Positions 63,995 through 64,000 of a DNA stretch of 64,000 nt are shown in pieces. The first letter of the stretch is position 1; each line of letters opens with the position of its first letter. Below the pieces are notes generated by a model. The model saw only the letters and a program-made list of their open reading frames with translations, searched no databases and was not told where the DNA came from. This DNA is from Eutreptiella sp. 'Long Island Sound 2002' (taxonomy: Eukaryota; Protista; Euglenida). The stretch is taken from positions 193,316,001-193,380,000 of the forward strand of contig OZ038378.1 of the NCBI GenBank assembly GCA_964036045.1, given 5' to 3'. The translations under genes were made by a program, and so were the position numbers.

Positions 63995-64000
63995 GTGCGA
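63995..64000 (+). CDS. Gene 3 exon 4 start (VR..., truncated by window)
   Basis: Pyrimidine tract plus CATCAG acceptor; GK|VR fits the AKR GKVRSIGVSN motif. Confidence 0.6.

Overview
Eukaryotic nuclear DNA, very probably from a photosynthetic euglenid (Eutreptiella/Euglena-like). That assignment is inferred from a two-transmembrane class I plastid-targeting presequence and from repeat-filled spliceosomal introns rich in poly-G/poly-C. Manual splicing recovers three + strand host genes. (1) <1-27063: a 15-exon gene (5' part upstream of the window, about 880 aa visible) that fuses a GT8-like glycosyltransferase fold with a degenerate DxD, an MGAT5-type Cys-rich module, a low-complexity linker and an apparently catalytically intact FAM20/Four-jointed-type secretory kinase. 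(2) 38089-50162: a 2-exon EF-1alpha/HBS1-like protein whose GTPase motifs are lost. (3) 54765->64000: a plastid-targeted aldo-keto reductase with one GC-AG intron. Mobile DNA includes an intact-ORF Penelope-like element with an N-terminal GIY-YIG (Chlamys-type) inserted into a ~190 bp tandem repeat, a defective L1-like LINE with C-terminal RNase H and a 15 bp TSD inside the intron of gene 2, and a 2.1 kb TIR element carrying a Ulp1-like protease. There are also a foldback element, MITEs, tRNA-derived SINE-like units, and mini- and microsatellites. All domain calls come from motif recognition by eye; no searches were run.
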